The notes beneath the pieces are model-generated. The model was not told where the DNA came from. It saw nothing but the letters and a program-made list of their open reading frames with translations, and ran no database searches. From contig NC_092677.1 in NCBI RefSeq assembly GCF_964355755.1, positions 10,500,101-10,564,100 of the forward strand: a stretch of DNA of 64,000 nt. Direction: 5' to 3'. Below, in pieces: positions 53,201 to 63,902 of this stretch (within the stretch, counting starts at the first letter, position 1; each line of letters begins with the position of its first letter). Made by a program: the position numbers and the translations under genes. Source of the stretch: Antedon mediterranea. Its lineage: Eukaryota; Animalia; Echinodermata.

Positions 53201-56200
53201 GAAATTTAAGAATAGTATATTAAACCTATATGTAGGCCTACTAATTTAAATTTCTAAGTAACGACATAGGTTTAAACTCACATGTTTCGCAGAATTGTCC
53301 TGTATAACAATTTGGACAAGAACATGTGTATGCTGTACAGGAACCAGACACCTGGACACAACCAGCTCCATTCTGACAAGCATTGTTGGTACAAGCATTC
53401 AATACTGGAATAACAAGAAAGATAAAGTGGTTAAAAGAGATAAATATAAATGTAGTTGTGCTATGTACAGTAGTTGTTTAAAACAATCGCAGAAACTCAC
53501 AAGTTTCACAGAATTGTCCGGTATAACACGATGGACAGGTGCATGTGTATGCTGTACAGGAACCAGAAACCTGGACACAGGTAGCTCCATTCTGACAAGC
53601 GCTGTTAGAACAAGCATTCAACACTGCAAAATATAGGAAATTATATGCATTCTTTACCTTCTAATCATCTTTGTTATGTTAAAAAAAATTTGATCCTTTT
53701 TTTGAGATGTAAAAAAATAAAGAATTACAGAAACTTACAAGTTTCACAGAATGTTCCAGTATAACATGATGGACAAGAACATGTGTATGCTGTACAGGAA
53801 CCAGAAACCTGGACACAACCGCCTCCATTCTGACAAGCATTGTTATCACAAGCATTCAACACTGTAAAATAAAAGAAAAACATTTTTAAATTGTCATTGT
53901 TTTGTAATTATTACCATTGTTAATTAATTAGTATATTATTTAATAGTATAACAAATGCAAGAAAAAGAGACACCACCAGCAATAATACTGAAAATGAATA
54001 AATGTTAAGAAGTATTATATTGGACAAGTTTTCAGTAAAAATAACTCACATGTTTCACAAAATTGTCCAGTGTAACATGTTGGACAAGAACATGTGTATG
54101 CTGTACAGGAACCAGAAACCTGGACACAAAAGGCTCCATTCTGACAAGCATTGTTGGAACAAGCATTCAACACTACCAATGCATGGGAATTTAAGCATAG
54201 CATATATAAAATCTTATATAGTATAGGTATTTTATAATAGGCCTGAAAAATTCATGCAATTCTGACAAGAATTATTCGAGTCCATGGAAATTTAAGAATA
54301 GTATATTAAACCTATATGTAGGCCTACTAATTTAAATTTCTAAGTAACGACATAGGTTTAAACTCACATGTTTCGCAGAATTGTCCTGTATAACAATTTG
54401 GACAAGAACATGTGTATGCTGTACAGGAACCAGACACCTGGACACAACCAGCTCCATTCTGACAAGCATTGTTGGTACAAGCATTCAATACTGGAATAAC
54501 AAGAAAGATAAAGTGGTTAAAAGAGATAAATATAAATGTAGTTGTGCTATGTACAGTAGTTGTTTAAAACAATCGCAGAAACTCACAAGTTTCACAGAAT
54601 TGTCCGGTATAACACGATGGACAGGTGCATGTGTATGCTGTACAGGAACCAGAAACCTGGACACAGGTAGCTCCATTCTGACAAGCGCTGTTAGAACAAG
54701 CATTCAACACTGCAAAATATAGGAAATTATATGCATTCTTTACCTTCTAATCATCTTTGTTTGGTTTTAAAAATTTGATCCTTCTTTTGAGATGTAAAAG
54801 AATAAAGAATTACATAAACTTACAAGTTTCACAGAATGTTCCAGTATAACATGATGGACAAGAACATGTGTATGCTGTACAGGAACCAGAAACCTGGACA
54901 CAACCACCTCCATTCTGACAAGCATTGTTATCACAAGCATTCAACACTGTAAAATAAAAGAAAAACATTTTTAAATTGTCATTGTTTTGTAATTATTACC
55001 ATTGTTAATTAATTAGTAGATTATTTAATAGTATAACAAAAGCAAGAAAAAGAGACACCACCAGCAATAATACTGAAAATGAATAAATGTAAAGAAGTAT
55101 TATATTGGACAAGTTTTCAGTAAAAATAACTCACATGTTTCACAAAATTGTCCAGTGTAACATGTTGGACAAGAACATGTGTATGCTGTACAGGAACCAG
55201 AAACCTGGACACAAAAGGCTCCATTCTGACAAGCATTGTTGGAGCAAGCATTCAACACTACCAATGCATGGGAATTTAAGCATAGCATATATAAAATCTT
55301 ATATAGTATAGGTATTTTATAATAGGCCTGAAAAATTCATGCAATTCTGACAAGCATTATTCAAATCCATGGAAATTTAAGAATAGTATATTAAACCTAT
55401 ATGTAGGCCTACTAATTTAAATTTCTAAGTAACGACATAGGTTTAAACTCACAAGTTTCGCAGAATTGTCCAGTATAACAATTTGGACAAGAACATGTGT
55501 ATGCTGTACAGGAACCAGACACCTGGACACAACCACCTCCATTCTGACAAGCATTGTTGGTACAAGCATTCAATACTGGAATAACAAGAAAGATAAATGG
55601 TTAAAAGAGATAAATATAAATGTAATTGTGCTATGTACAGTAGTTGTTTAAAACAATTGCAGAAACTCACAAGTTTCACAGAATTGTCCGGTATAACACG
55701 ATGGACAGGTGCATGTGTATGCTGTACAGGAACCAGAAACCTGGACACAGGTAGCTCCATTCTGACAAGCGCTGTTAGAACAAGCATTCAACACTGCAAA
55801 ATATAGGAAATTATATGCATTCTTTACCTTCTAATCATCTTTTTGATGTTTTAAAAAATTTGATCCTTCTTTTGAGATGTAAAAGAATAAAGAATTACAT
55901 AAACTTACAAGTTTCACAGAATGTTCCAGTATAACATGATGGACAAGAACATGTGTATGCTGTACAGGAACCAGAAACCTGGACACAACCAGCTCCATTC
56001 TGACAAGCATGGTTAGAGCAAGCATTTAACACTGAAATAAAAAAAAACAATGTATTTTGGAAAAAATGTAAAATAGAAATATCTATTTAAAAAATATAAC
56101 ATGTGAAGAAAAACATAAAATCATTTATAGTTGTTTAGTCAACTGAATAAAACAAAAATGAAACTTACAGGTTTCACAGAATGTTCCAGTGTAACATGAA

Positions 56201-59200
56201 GGACAGGCACATGTGTATGCTGTACAGGAACCAGAAACCTGGATACAATTAGCTCCATTCTGGCAAGCATGGCTGGAACAGGCATTCAACACTGAGTATA
56301 TGCAAAAAGTTATTATAATTATTGTATCAATATACATAACATAAAAACGAAGCCAAAATGTGTAATCTTTACCTGAAATTCTTAAAGAGTAATTGTGTTA
56401 AAACATATATGTACTATCTTTAATCATAAATCTATAGTGCCACAGTTTCTGTAAAATGCTAATTATATAACAAACTTGGTTTAGGTCTAACTCTAATACC
56501 AATGCTGGCACAATTGAACTTACAAGTTTCACAAAATTGTCCAGTGTAGCAATTTGGACAAGAACATGTGTATGCTGTACAGGAACCAGAAACCTGGACA
56601 CAACCAGCTCCATTCTGACAAGCATTGTTGGTACAAGCATTCAATACTTGAATAACAAGAAAGATAAGGGCGTTAAAAGAGATAAATATAAATGTAATTA
56701 CGTTTCATGTTCAAACCAAATAGTAGGACCTTCTGGTAATTATGTTATCACAGATCGTATTACGTGCACCACTAGAAATCTAGTTTATTGTATTTCGTGT
56801 ACTAAATGTAATATGCTTTATATTGGTGAAACTAAACGCAGGTTAGGTGATTCTAAAGACTCCCGGATTACCTATAGCCACCCATTTTTGTAATAATGAG
56901 CATTCCCTTTCGGATATTACAATTTCTGGTGTTAAAGTATGTAATTGTTCTGAGACATCTCGTAGAATTATAGAAGAAAGAATAATTGTAAAGCTTGGCA
57001 CTCTTGCCCCTACCGGCATAAATGTACAATTTAGATCCTTTAAACATTAATTTTGCCAGAGACATTCACATATTAACAATTATTTACACTTGAAGCTTTT
57101 GTCTTTGTTTTAAATTTCCTGCTTTATAAGCAACCATTCCTGCTTTGTACCCCATAGCTTTTGGAGGCGTGCCTTTATAACTATGCCTTTTGTTTGTTAA
57201 CATCTTTGATTGGCTGATTTGTTTTATTATGTAATTTTGTGACTTATATATGTTATCCTTTGTTACAATTCTTTTCACCTGATGATGGGCTATGCCCGAA
57301 ACATGTCGTTAAAATAAATCTATATTGAGGCAGTTTTAACTTATTTGACCTTGTTTTTTTTCTATATCCTGCCTATGCAGCTCTTTGATTTATAAATATA
57401 AATGTAGTTGTGCTATGTACAGTAGTTGTTTAAAACAATCGCAGAAACTCACAAGTTTCACAGAATTGTCCGGTATAACACGATGGACAGGTGCATGTGT
57501 ATGCTGTACAGGAACCAGAAACCTGGACACAGGTAGCTCCATTTTGACAAGCGCTGTTCGAACAAGCATTTAACACTGATAAAATACAGAGAGTAATATG
57601 TAATCTGTTGAAATATTTTGAAACATTTGTGGCTGAATGATAACACATCTTTTGTGATTTAACCGGTTCTACTCTCAAGATAATCTGGGGTTATTTTTAA
57701 TAAACTTCACAAATCATAAATAAAAAAAAAAAGTGAATACAAATAAATAAATTATCAGTTTTTACAGTTATTTAGTCAATTGTACAGAAGAAACTTACAA
57801 GTTTCACAGAATTGCCCTGTATAACACGATGGGCAGGCACATGTGTATGCTGTACAGGAACCAGAAACCTGGACACAACCAGCTCCATTCTGACAAGCAT
57901 TGCTGGTACAAGCATTTAATACTGTAAGGAAAATGCAAAATTAAAGTGAAATGTCCCCAATATAAAACAGAAAATTTATATTATAAATGTTTACTTTTAC
58001 TGCTACATTAGTCGATTTATCAGACACCATCATCTAAAATTTTAACAATTATAAATGAAAACTTACATGTTTCACAGAATTGTCCAGTGTAGCAATTTGG
58101 ACAAGAACATGTGTATGCTGTACAGGAACCAGAAACCTGGAGACAACCAGCTCCATTCTGACAGGCATTGTTATCACAAGCATTCAATACTAAAAAAAAA
58201 ACAATGATATGAACACACTAACATGAAGAGATTGATATAATTATAAAACGTTGTTGTTATATAGCACTTGATGCACAAAGCGCTTCACATTATAATTCTC
58301 TGGTAATTTTTGATCAAATATATATAGAAAAATGCTTCCATAATGTTGTAACTAGTAATCAGCTCAGCCTATGCTTTGACCTTACCAGGTACCCATTTGT
58401 ACACCTGCTAGGGGAGAATTAAATGTAAGTAAAGTGTCTTGCCTAAGGACACAAGCAATGCGACAAGGATTGGATTCCCATTCCCGATCAGAAGGCCACA
58501 CGCTCTCACACATATATTGACACACAAGCCAGCCTCAGAGTAGATAGATGGAAAACTAAGAAACTTACAATCTTTCATAGAACTTACATGTTTCGCAATA
58601 TCGACCAGTATAACATGATGGACATGTACATGTGTAAAGCTCACATGAACCAGAAACCTGGACACAAGCAGCTCCATTCTGACAAGCATGAGTGGTACAA
58701 GCATTCAACACTATTAAGAAAACACGAATTTAGACACAATGTTTATGTAGAAGCAATTAAAATATTTGAATATTAATATTAATGTTTTACATACAACTGA
58801 TTCTTAAAAAACCATTACTTTTTCGCTCTCTACTACTGGAGAAAAGTAGAACTATTATTATTACTACGTTGTATGATTTACACTTAACAACAATTTACAT
58901 CAAAATCCTGTACATTAAAGACAAAAATAAAGAGTGAAATAGTGATATGGAGCCAACCAAGAAGAAATTGATTTGATTTGGACACATGACTTACACCATA
59001 GTGGGTAAAGATACTATTGACTATGCATTATTAGTTGGTGATGAAAACATTGAAACTTACAAGTTTCACAAAATTGCCCTGTATAACATGATGGACAGGC
59101 GCATGTGTATGCTGTACAGGAACCAGAAACCTGGACACAACCAGCTCCATTCTGACAAGCATTGCTGGAACAAGCATTCAATACTGAAATAAAACAGTAT

Positions 59201-62200
59201 GTAAAAACAAATGCATTGATTTACTATAATTCTATTAACATATCCACTATAGAAATTAAAACTCACAAGTTTCACAAAATTGCCCTGTATAACAAGATGG
59301 ACAGCTACATGTGTATGCTGTACAGGAACCAGAAACCTGGACACAACCAGCTCCATTCTGACAAGCATTGTTATTACAAGCATTCAACACTGAAATAAAT
59401 ATTAGAAAACAGTAAAAATACATACTAAATATATTGTGGTTAGCTGATTAAAATATCAAAATATTATATAGATAAAAATAGAACCTTACAAGTTTCGCAG
59501 AATGTTCCAGTATAACAGTTTGGACAAGAACATGTGTATGCTGTACAGGAACCAGAGACCTGGACACAAGCACCACCATTCTGACAAGCATTGTTGTTAC
59601 ATGCATTCAACACTGTGAAAAAAGTAAGAAAATATCTAAGTTAAATATAGAAATAATTGAACTGAAATGACTACTGTGAACAAATCAAATATGATACAAC
59701 AAACAAAGATGAAAATAGAATCTTACAAGTTTCACAGAATGTTCCAGTGTAACAAGTTTGACAGGTACATGTGTATGCTGTACAGGAACCAGAAACCTGG
59801 ACACATCCAGCTCCATTCTGGCAAGCATTGTTGGTACAAGCATTCAACACTGAAATAATATTAGAAAACAGTAAAAGTACATATTAAATATATTGTGGTT
59901 AGCTGATTAAAATGTTAAAATATTATATAGATAAAAATAGAATCTTACAAGTTTCGCAGAATGTTCCAGTGTAACAAGTTTGACAGGTACATGTGTATGC
60001 TGTACAGGAACCAGAAACCTGGACACAACCAGCTCCATTCTGACAAGCATTGTTGGTACAAGCATTCAACACTGCAATAGTTACAAATTATTTTGTTAAC
60101 AAGAAACATAGGGGTAAATAAAACAGGTAAATATAAATCTATTTGTCCTATCGTTGTTGGAAAAAATACACCAACGTAATGCAACCGACGCAACATAAGA
60201 AAATGTCTTTCCAATAAATGTGTTTGCCTCCACGTGCGTGAAATCAAACCTGCTTGTTGCGCGTCAAAGTTAGCATTCAGTAGACTTTGACCCCGCATAC
60301 TTTTGTGTATGCGCCGTACTATGTTTTTTTGTCTTGCATTGTGTTGGTTAATAATAATAATATCCTGGATTTATATAGCACCTAATGTTGTGAAACCTCT
60401 AAGCGCTGAACATTATTACCCCAATCATTTTTTGGATCAAACACGTATGGAAACATACTCCCATAATGCAGCTAGTAATCAGCGCAAAGTTGTGTCTTGA
60501 TCTAACCAGGTACCCATTTATACACCTGGGTGGAGAGAGGCAAACCTAAGTAAAGTATCTTGCCTAAGGATACAAGCAATGTAGCAAGAGTTGGATTCGA
60601 ACCTCGATCTCACGATCAGTTGTCCAACGTCCGACACACTGCGCAGGCCCGTAGCCAGGGGGGGTTTTTATGGTTCGGGCGAACCCCCCTTTACAGCGAA
60701 CCCCCCTTAACCAACTGCGAACCCCCATCCCCGACATGCCCAATACCTCACCCTCATCTCCAAAAATCCTCCAAATACGTGCCCCACAGCACAAAAAGTT
60801 GTTTGTAAATTGAAAAATTCGTAAACTTGTTCGTGAACCTTCTTCTCTGTATGAGCGTCAACTAGTGATACGTGTCTGTAAATTTCTAAAAGCTGCAAAT
60901 GAATTGCCGATTTTAACCTGAAAAATAAATGTTTGGTCCCTGCATGTAACATGATATTGACGCGTCTCATAGCGAGCTGGCGCACGAACGATTCGTACAA
61001 AGGACACCGCCAGACAAACTGCGTACCTATAATTGTTTAGATCACTGGCAGTCAGGCAGCATGCATAAAGTATATAGCCTTCCGACGTACATCAGTATTT
61101 ATGTGTGACTATGAAGTATAATGTATCATAGAGGATTATAGTGAATATTAATATTTTACACTATAATATCTATGGTATCAAGTACTGTAGTTCACATTAT
61201 GGCATCCGATTATTTTTTTCTAGACCACCAGTCGATACGTACTAAAATGTATCAATATCACCTATTTACATATTTATATTCCTCAACAAATTTCTGTAAA
61301 TAAATATTATAGATAGAGCTATCAAATAGCATTTGCCTTCGCCCAGTGTGCTTTTTTCGGGGCTGCTCCTAGATATACGTTCGCATTGAACTTGAACGCA
61401 AAACAAAATACGGAGTAAATGATCAAACAATCGGCAGTCCCGCACAGAGCACGCGCATCTAACATACGGCAACAAATAGTTATCGTCATTTAAATTATCG
61501 ACGTGTTTGAGGAGGAGGAAAAAAGTACGATCTTTTTGCTCATTGGTTATATAGCATGCTGCACGAGAGTGTCTTTTCCGGCCATCTAGGGGTGTCATTT
61601 AACAAAATTCGCTTCGCATCAGGCTGGGGGAGGGGGAAGGGGGGGGGGGGGGGTTGACCCAAATATTTAGTGTCCGAACCCCCCCTTGACAGATCCTGGC
61701 TACGGCCCTGCTGCGCCACATGCCCACTTATGATTACGCAATACAAGACTTTGCTTTGTGTTCTAGTAAGAACCACGCTTTAGATGACAATGGAACAAGT
61801 AAAAGAAATAGAAAATTGTAAAACAACCTACATGTTTCACAGAATTGTCCAGTATAACATGATGGGCAAGAACATGTGTATGCTGTACAGGAACCAGAAA
61901 CCTGGACACAAGCAGCTCCATTCTGACAAGTACTGGTTTCACAAGCATTTATCACTTAAATAATAAATATTTACCAAAAATTAACAATATTCTGGCGGAA
62001 AGATTTAAATACTAAAAACATACTTGACTATTTAATCAAAATTATGCATAGACCTAATTTATATAGTATAAACATTTGAGAAAACGATTGAAATAACAAA
62101 TACACTTACATTCATCACAAAAGTTTCCTCGATAGCAAGTTGGACAACTACAGGCATATGTTACACAGCTTCCATCGATCCCAGTACATCCAGCTCCGTT

Positions 62201-63902
62201 GGCACATTGATTACCATCACAGGCATTTATTACTGCAATAAACATGTAATACATTCCTAAAATTCCATGGTAATCTTGATAGAAGATATAGACGTACTGG
62301 GCAACTAAATAGCTCACTACTAGTTATTATATATTTTTTTTCTTATGCCAAAGCCCTAAAGTTAATTTGTTACTCTATGATATTTATATTGGATAGCAGG
62401 CGGTAAGTGCCCCTTAAATCAAACCATAGAAAACAGGGCATCATGCTGACATCCCTGCTCAACGCTTACGCGATTATGCTTTTGAATTAGCACCTTCCAT
62501 AACAGAATTGTTTAATAGTGCATTAAAACAAGGAATTTTCAAAGATATTTTAAAAAATAAATTCAGCCTTGTATTGGTCTCCGGAATTATTGGAGATACT
62601 GATTTCAATGACCTCCACCGTTAGCAAGACATTTTAGATATTTGAGAATAATTAGATGGTACCCGTCTATTGGTTGACGGGTAATATTATTAATACTTTA
62701 TGCTCAAACACAATGTTTTAAAATAAGTCTCTTGATTCTAGGATATTGTATTCTACTTACAAGCTTCACAAAATTGTCCAGTGTAACATGATGGACAAGA
62801 ACACGTGTATGCTGTACAGGAACCAGCAACCTGGACACAACCACCTCCATTCTGGCAAGCATGGTTAGAACAAGCATTCAACACTGATAAAAAAAACATG
62901 ACATGAATTACACACATTGTGTACTAGACTAAGAAGAATAACAATTTAGATTGACTATGAATAATGGTATACAAGTAGAAATGAAAATAAAACTCACAAG
63001 TTTCACAGAATGTTCCAGTATAACATGATGGACAAGAACATGTGTATGCTGTACAGGAACCAGAAACCTGAACACAACCAGCCCCATTCTGACAAGCATT
63101 ATTAGAGCAAGCATTCAACACTGAAACAAAAACAATATAAACAATGGGTATCATAAACAATGGGTATCATAAGCATTCAGCAATGCAATAATAATAAATA
63201 TGAAAAAACAATCAACAAAGCCAGATAAAATTGAAATATAAATGTATTCTTTTTATGTACATCATTAAGATGAAGAATGGACAACCAAAGAAACTCACAA
63301 GTTTCACAGAATTGTCCAGTGTAACATGATGAACAAGAACATGTGTATGCTGTACAGGAACCAGAAACTTGGACACAACCAGCTCCATTCTGACAAGCAT
63401 GGTTAGAGCAAGCATTCAACACTGTTAAAACAAACATGACATGAATTACACACATTGTGTACTAGACTAAGAAGAGTAACAATTTAGATTGACTATGAAT
63501 AATGATATACAAGTAGAAATGAAAATGAAACTCACAAGTTTCACAGAAAGTTCCAGTGTAACATGATGGACAAGAACATGTGTATGCTGTACAGGAACCA
63601 GAAACCTGGACACAACCAGCTCCATTCTGGCAAGCGTTGTTGCTACAAGCATTCAACACTAACATAGAGAAACATTAAAAAACAAATTGATAACAGACAA
63701 ACATTAAACAATTAGACACATTGTAAACCAGACTCCTTTATAATGAGTATACGTTCTTTAAGAAAAACTGGGATCTTACAAGTTTCACAGAATGTTCCAG
63801 TGTAACATGATGGACAAGTACATGTGTATGCTGTACAGGAACCAGAAACCTGGACACAAAATGCTCCATTCTGACAAGCGTTGTTGTTACATGCATTCAA
63901 TA
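26016..63902 (-). CDS. Giant multi-EGF type I membrane protein (fibropellin/Notch-like EGF repeats); 3' portion only, 5' end lies beyond the window
   Basis: About 89 single-EGF phase 1-1 exons plus a terminal TM exon. Proximal exons: 26016-26227 (TM and tail), 26629-26748, 27342-27449, 28680-28790, 29226-29336, 30449-30568, 31078-31191, 31462-31578, 31849-31977, 32347-32460, 35341-35463, 36108-36221, 36839-36994, 37491-37664, 38172-38306, 40131-40262, 40989-41117, 41432-41554, 41780-41902; then ~71 123-nt exons from 42530-42652 to 63780-63902. No ankyrin, LNR, DSL or avidin domain seen. Confidence 0.88.
27153..27308. mobile_element. ~140-bp MITE family copy
   Basis: ACCTCTGTCCACACTATCAAA...TTTGATAGTGTAGACAGAACT. 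Confidence 0.7.
28221..28595. mobile_element. 375-bp MITE with perfect 33-bp TIRs (Harbinger-like)
   Basis: AGCCGATTTTCCACTAGGCGAATTTGTTCGCGC at 28221-28253 and its exact reverse complement at 28563-28595; flanks TAA / TCA. Confidence 0.85.
28680..28790 (-). CDS. Half-EGF exon (4 Cys) ending in a furin/proprotein convertase site
   Basis: [37 protein letters not shown]; intact AG/GT, 111 nt, phase 1-1. Confidence 0.8.
29653..29793. mobile_element. ~140-bp MITE family copy (further partial copies at ~32177-32285 and ~37935-38043)
   Basis: TTA-AGCTCTGTCTACATTATCAAA...TTTGATAGTGTAGACAGAGGT-TAA. Confidence 0.75.
30112..30155 (-). ncRNA. Minimal type I hammerhead ribozyme (Penelope-associated)
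   Basis: Minus strand TTGCA CTGATGA A GGG ctagtgtactta TCC GAAA GC TC TGCAA: conserved core boxes, perfect stem I (TTGCA/TGCAA), palindromic AGCT stem III, NUH site CUC. Confidence 0.75.
30838..31060. mobile_element. 223-bp MITE with 14-bp TIRs and 3-bp (ATT) target duplication
   Basis: TGTCGTATTCGATT...AATCGAATACGACA; the paralogous introns at ~31447 and ~31834 show the empty site AACATTAATGAC. Confidence 0.8.
31078..31970 (-). repeat. 387-bp tandem exon+intron duplication (6-Cys [22 protein letters not shown]), plus a diverged copy at 30449-30837
   Basis: Near-identical exon and intron sequence with period 387 (31191, 31578, 31965). Confidence 0.9.
32558..34932 (+). mobile_element. Non-autonomous Helitron-like element with internal ~300-bp direct duplication
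   Basis: 5' A|TCTATATATAAAT; 3' GC-rich hairpin CTAGATGGTACGC..GCGTGCCATCTAG (34896-34932) ending CTAG|T; ~32833-33136 repeated at ~33595-33965. Confidence 0.65.
38372..38899. mobile_element. Kolobok-like non-autonomous DNA transposon
   Basis: TIR AGATGTATTGTCCCT / AGGGACAATACATCT; flanks ATAA and TTAA (degenerate TTAA target). Confidence 0.65.
39421..39530 (+). mobile_element. Degenerate 3' end of the same Penelope-like family as 56697-57391
   Basis: GAGGCAGTTTTAAC.TATTTGA...TATCCTGCCTATGCAGCTCTTT matches 57327-57386; decayed hammerhead CTGATG..CCCGAAAG at 39425-39444. Confidence 0.65.
39894..40098. repeat. 65-bp tandem repeat, 3 copies
   Basis: AAAAGAAGCCTGCCACATCCCCCACCCTCTCCCCACTTCAGTTTGCAAAAGTAAAGGTAATCTC; GCCTG at 39901, 39966, 40031. 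Confidence 0.92.
40570..40760 (-). mobile_element. tRNA-derived SINE remnant (Meta-domain-like core)
   Basis: CCCCTACTCTTTTCAAATAGTGT..TTCTTTAACATGCAC..GTAAAGCATCTTGCCTAAGG..CTCGAACCC (reverse-complement B box). Confidence 0.5.
44939..45061 (-). pseudogene. Dead EGF exon (acceptor AG>TG, donor GT>TT, C6>F)
   Basis: Plus strand reads TTCAACACAGATAAA instead of TTCAACACTGATAAA, and AAAGTCAAAAGTTTCAAAG instead of ..TCACAAGTTTCACAG. Confidence 0.8.
47125..47247 (-). pseudogene. Probable dead EGF exon (acceptor AG>TG), paralogue of 44939-45061
   Basis: Same TTCAACACAGATAAA lesion 2186 bp away; donor and cysteines still intact. Confidence 0.7.
56697..57391 (+). mobile_element. 5'-truncated Penelope-like retroelement (GIY-YIG endonuclease remnant plus 3' UTR) in an intron of the EGF array
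   Basis: [29 protein letters not shown], then frameshifted [26 protein letters not shown]; 15-bp TSD ATAAATATAAATGTA at 56682-56696 and 57392-57406; empty site in paralogous introns (e.g. ~54527). Confidence 0.88.
57272..57314 (+). ncRNA. Minimal type I hammerhead ribozyme in the Penelope 3' end
   Basis: TTTTCAC CTGATGA T GGGC TAT GCCC GAAAC AT GTC GTTAAAA: core boxes, 4-bp stem II, palindromic ACATGT stem III, GUC cleavage triplet 57305-57307, stem I 6/7 paired. Confidence 0.8.
58255..58500 (-). mobile_element. tRNA-derived SINE (Deu/Nin-domain-like), degenerate
   Basis: TTATATAGCAC..AAGCGCT..CCAGGTACCCATTTGTACACCTG..GTAAAGTGTCTTGCCTAAGGACACAA; same family as 60350-61728. Confidence 0.6.
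60350..61728 (-). mobile_element. tRNA-derived SINE (Deu/Nin-domain-like), split by a DNA transposon
   Basis: (AAT)n tail, CCAGGTACCCATTTATACACCTGGGTGGAGAGAGG core, rc B box GGATTCGAACC at ~60592-60603; the head resumes after 61710 (CTGCGCCACATGCCC). Confidence 0.7.
60644..61710. mobile_element. 1067-bp non-autonomous hAT-like element with 5-bp TSD
   Basis: TIRs CAGGCCCGTAGCCAGG / CCTGGCTACGGCCCTG, subterminal CGAACCCCCC motifs, TSD CTGCG at 60639-60643 and 61711-61715. Confidence 0.8.

Larger units (their letters stand above)
42530..63902 (-). repeat. Homogenised tandem exon array: ~71 x 123-nt exons ([41 protein letters not shown]), basic unit 237 bp with higher-order repeats
   Basis: Repeated core ACATGTGTATGCTGTACAGGAACCAGAAACCTGGACACAACC..CCATTCTGACAAGC and a recurrent 114-bp intron; higher-order periods ~2186-2196, ~1450 and ~1086 bp. 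Confidence 0.95.

Noticed and set aside
42530-63902. CRISPR-like look (conserved repeats with variable spacers)
   Set aside because: The repeats are 123-nt coding exons with AG/GT boundaries, the spacers are recurring introns, the context is eukaryotic and there are no cas genes.
26016-63902. Calling the EGF gene Notch, Delta/Jagged, Crumbs or fibropellin
   Set aside because: No LNR, ankyrin, DSL, laminin-G, CUB or avidin domain, no Ca-binding EGF consensus and no ERLI tail in the window; similarity would be generic EGF only.
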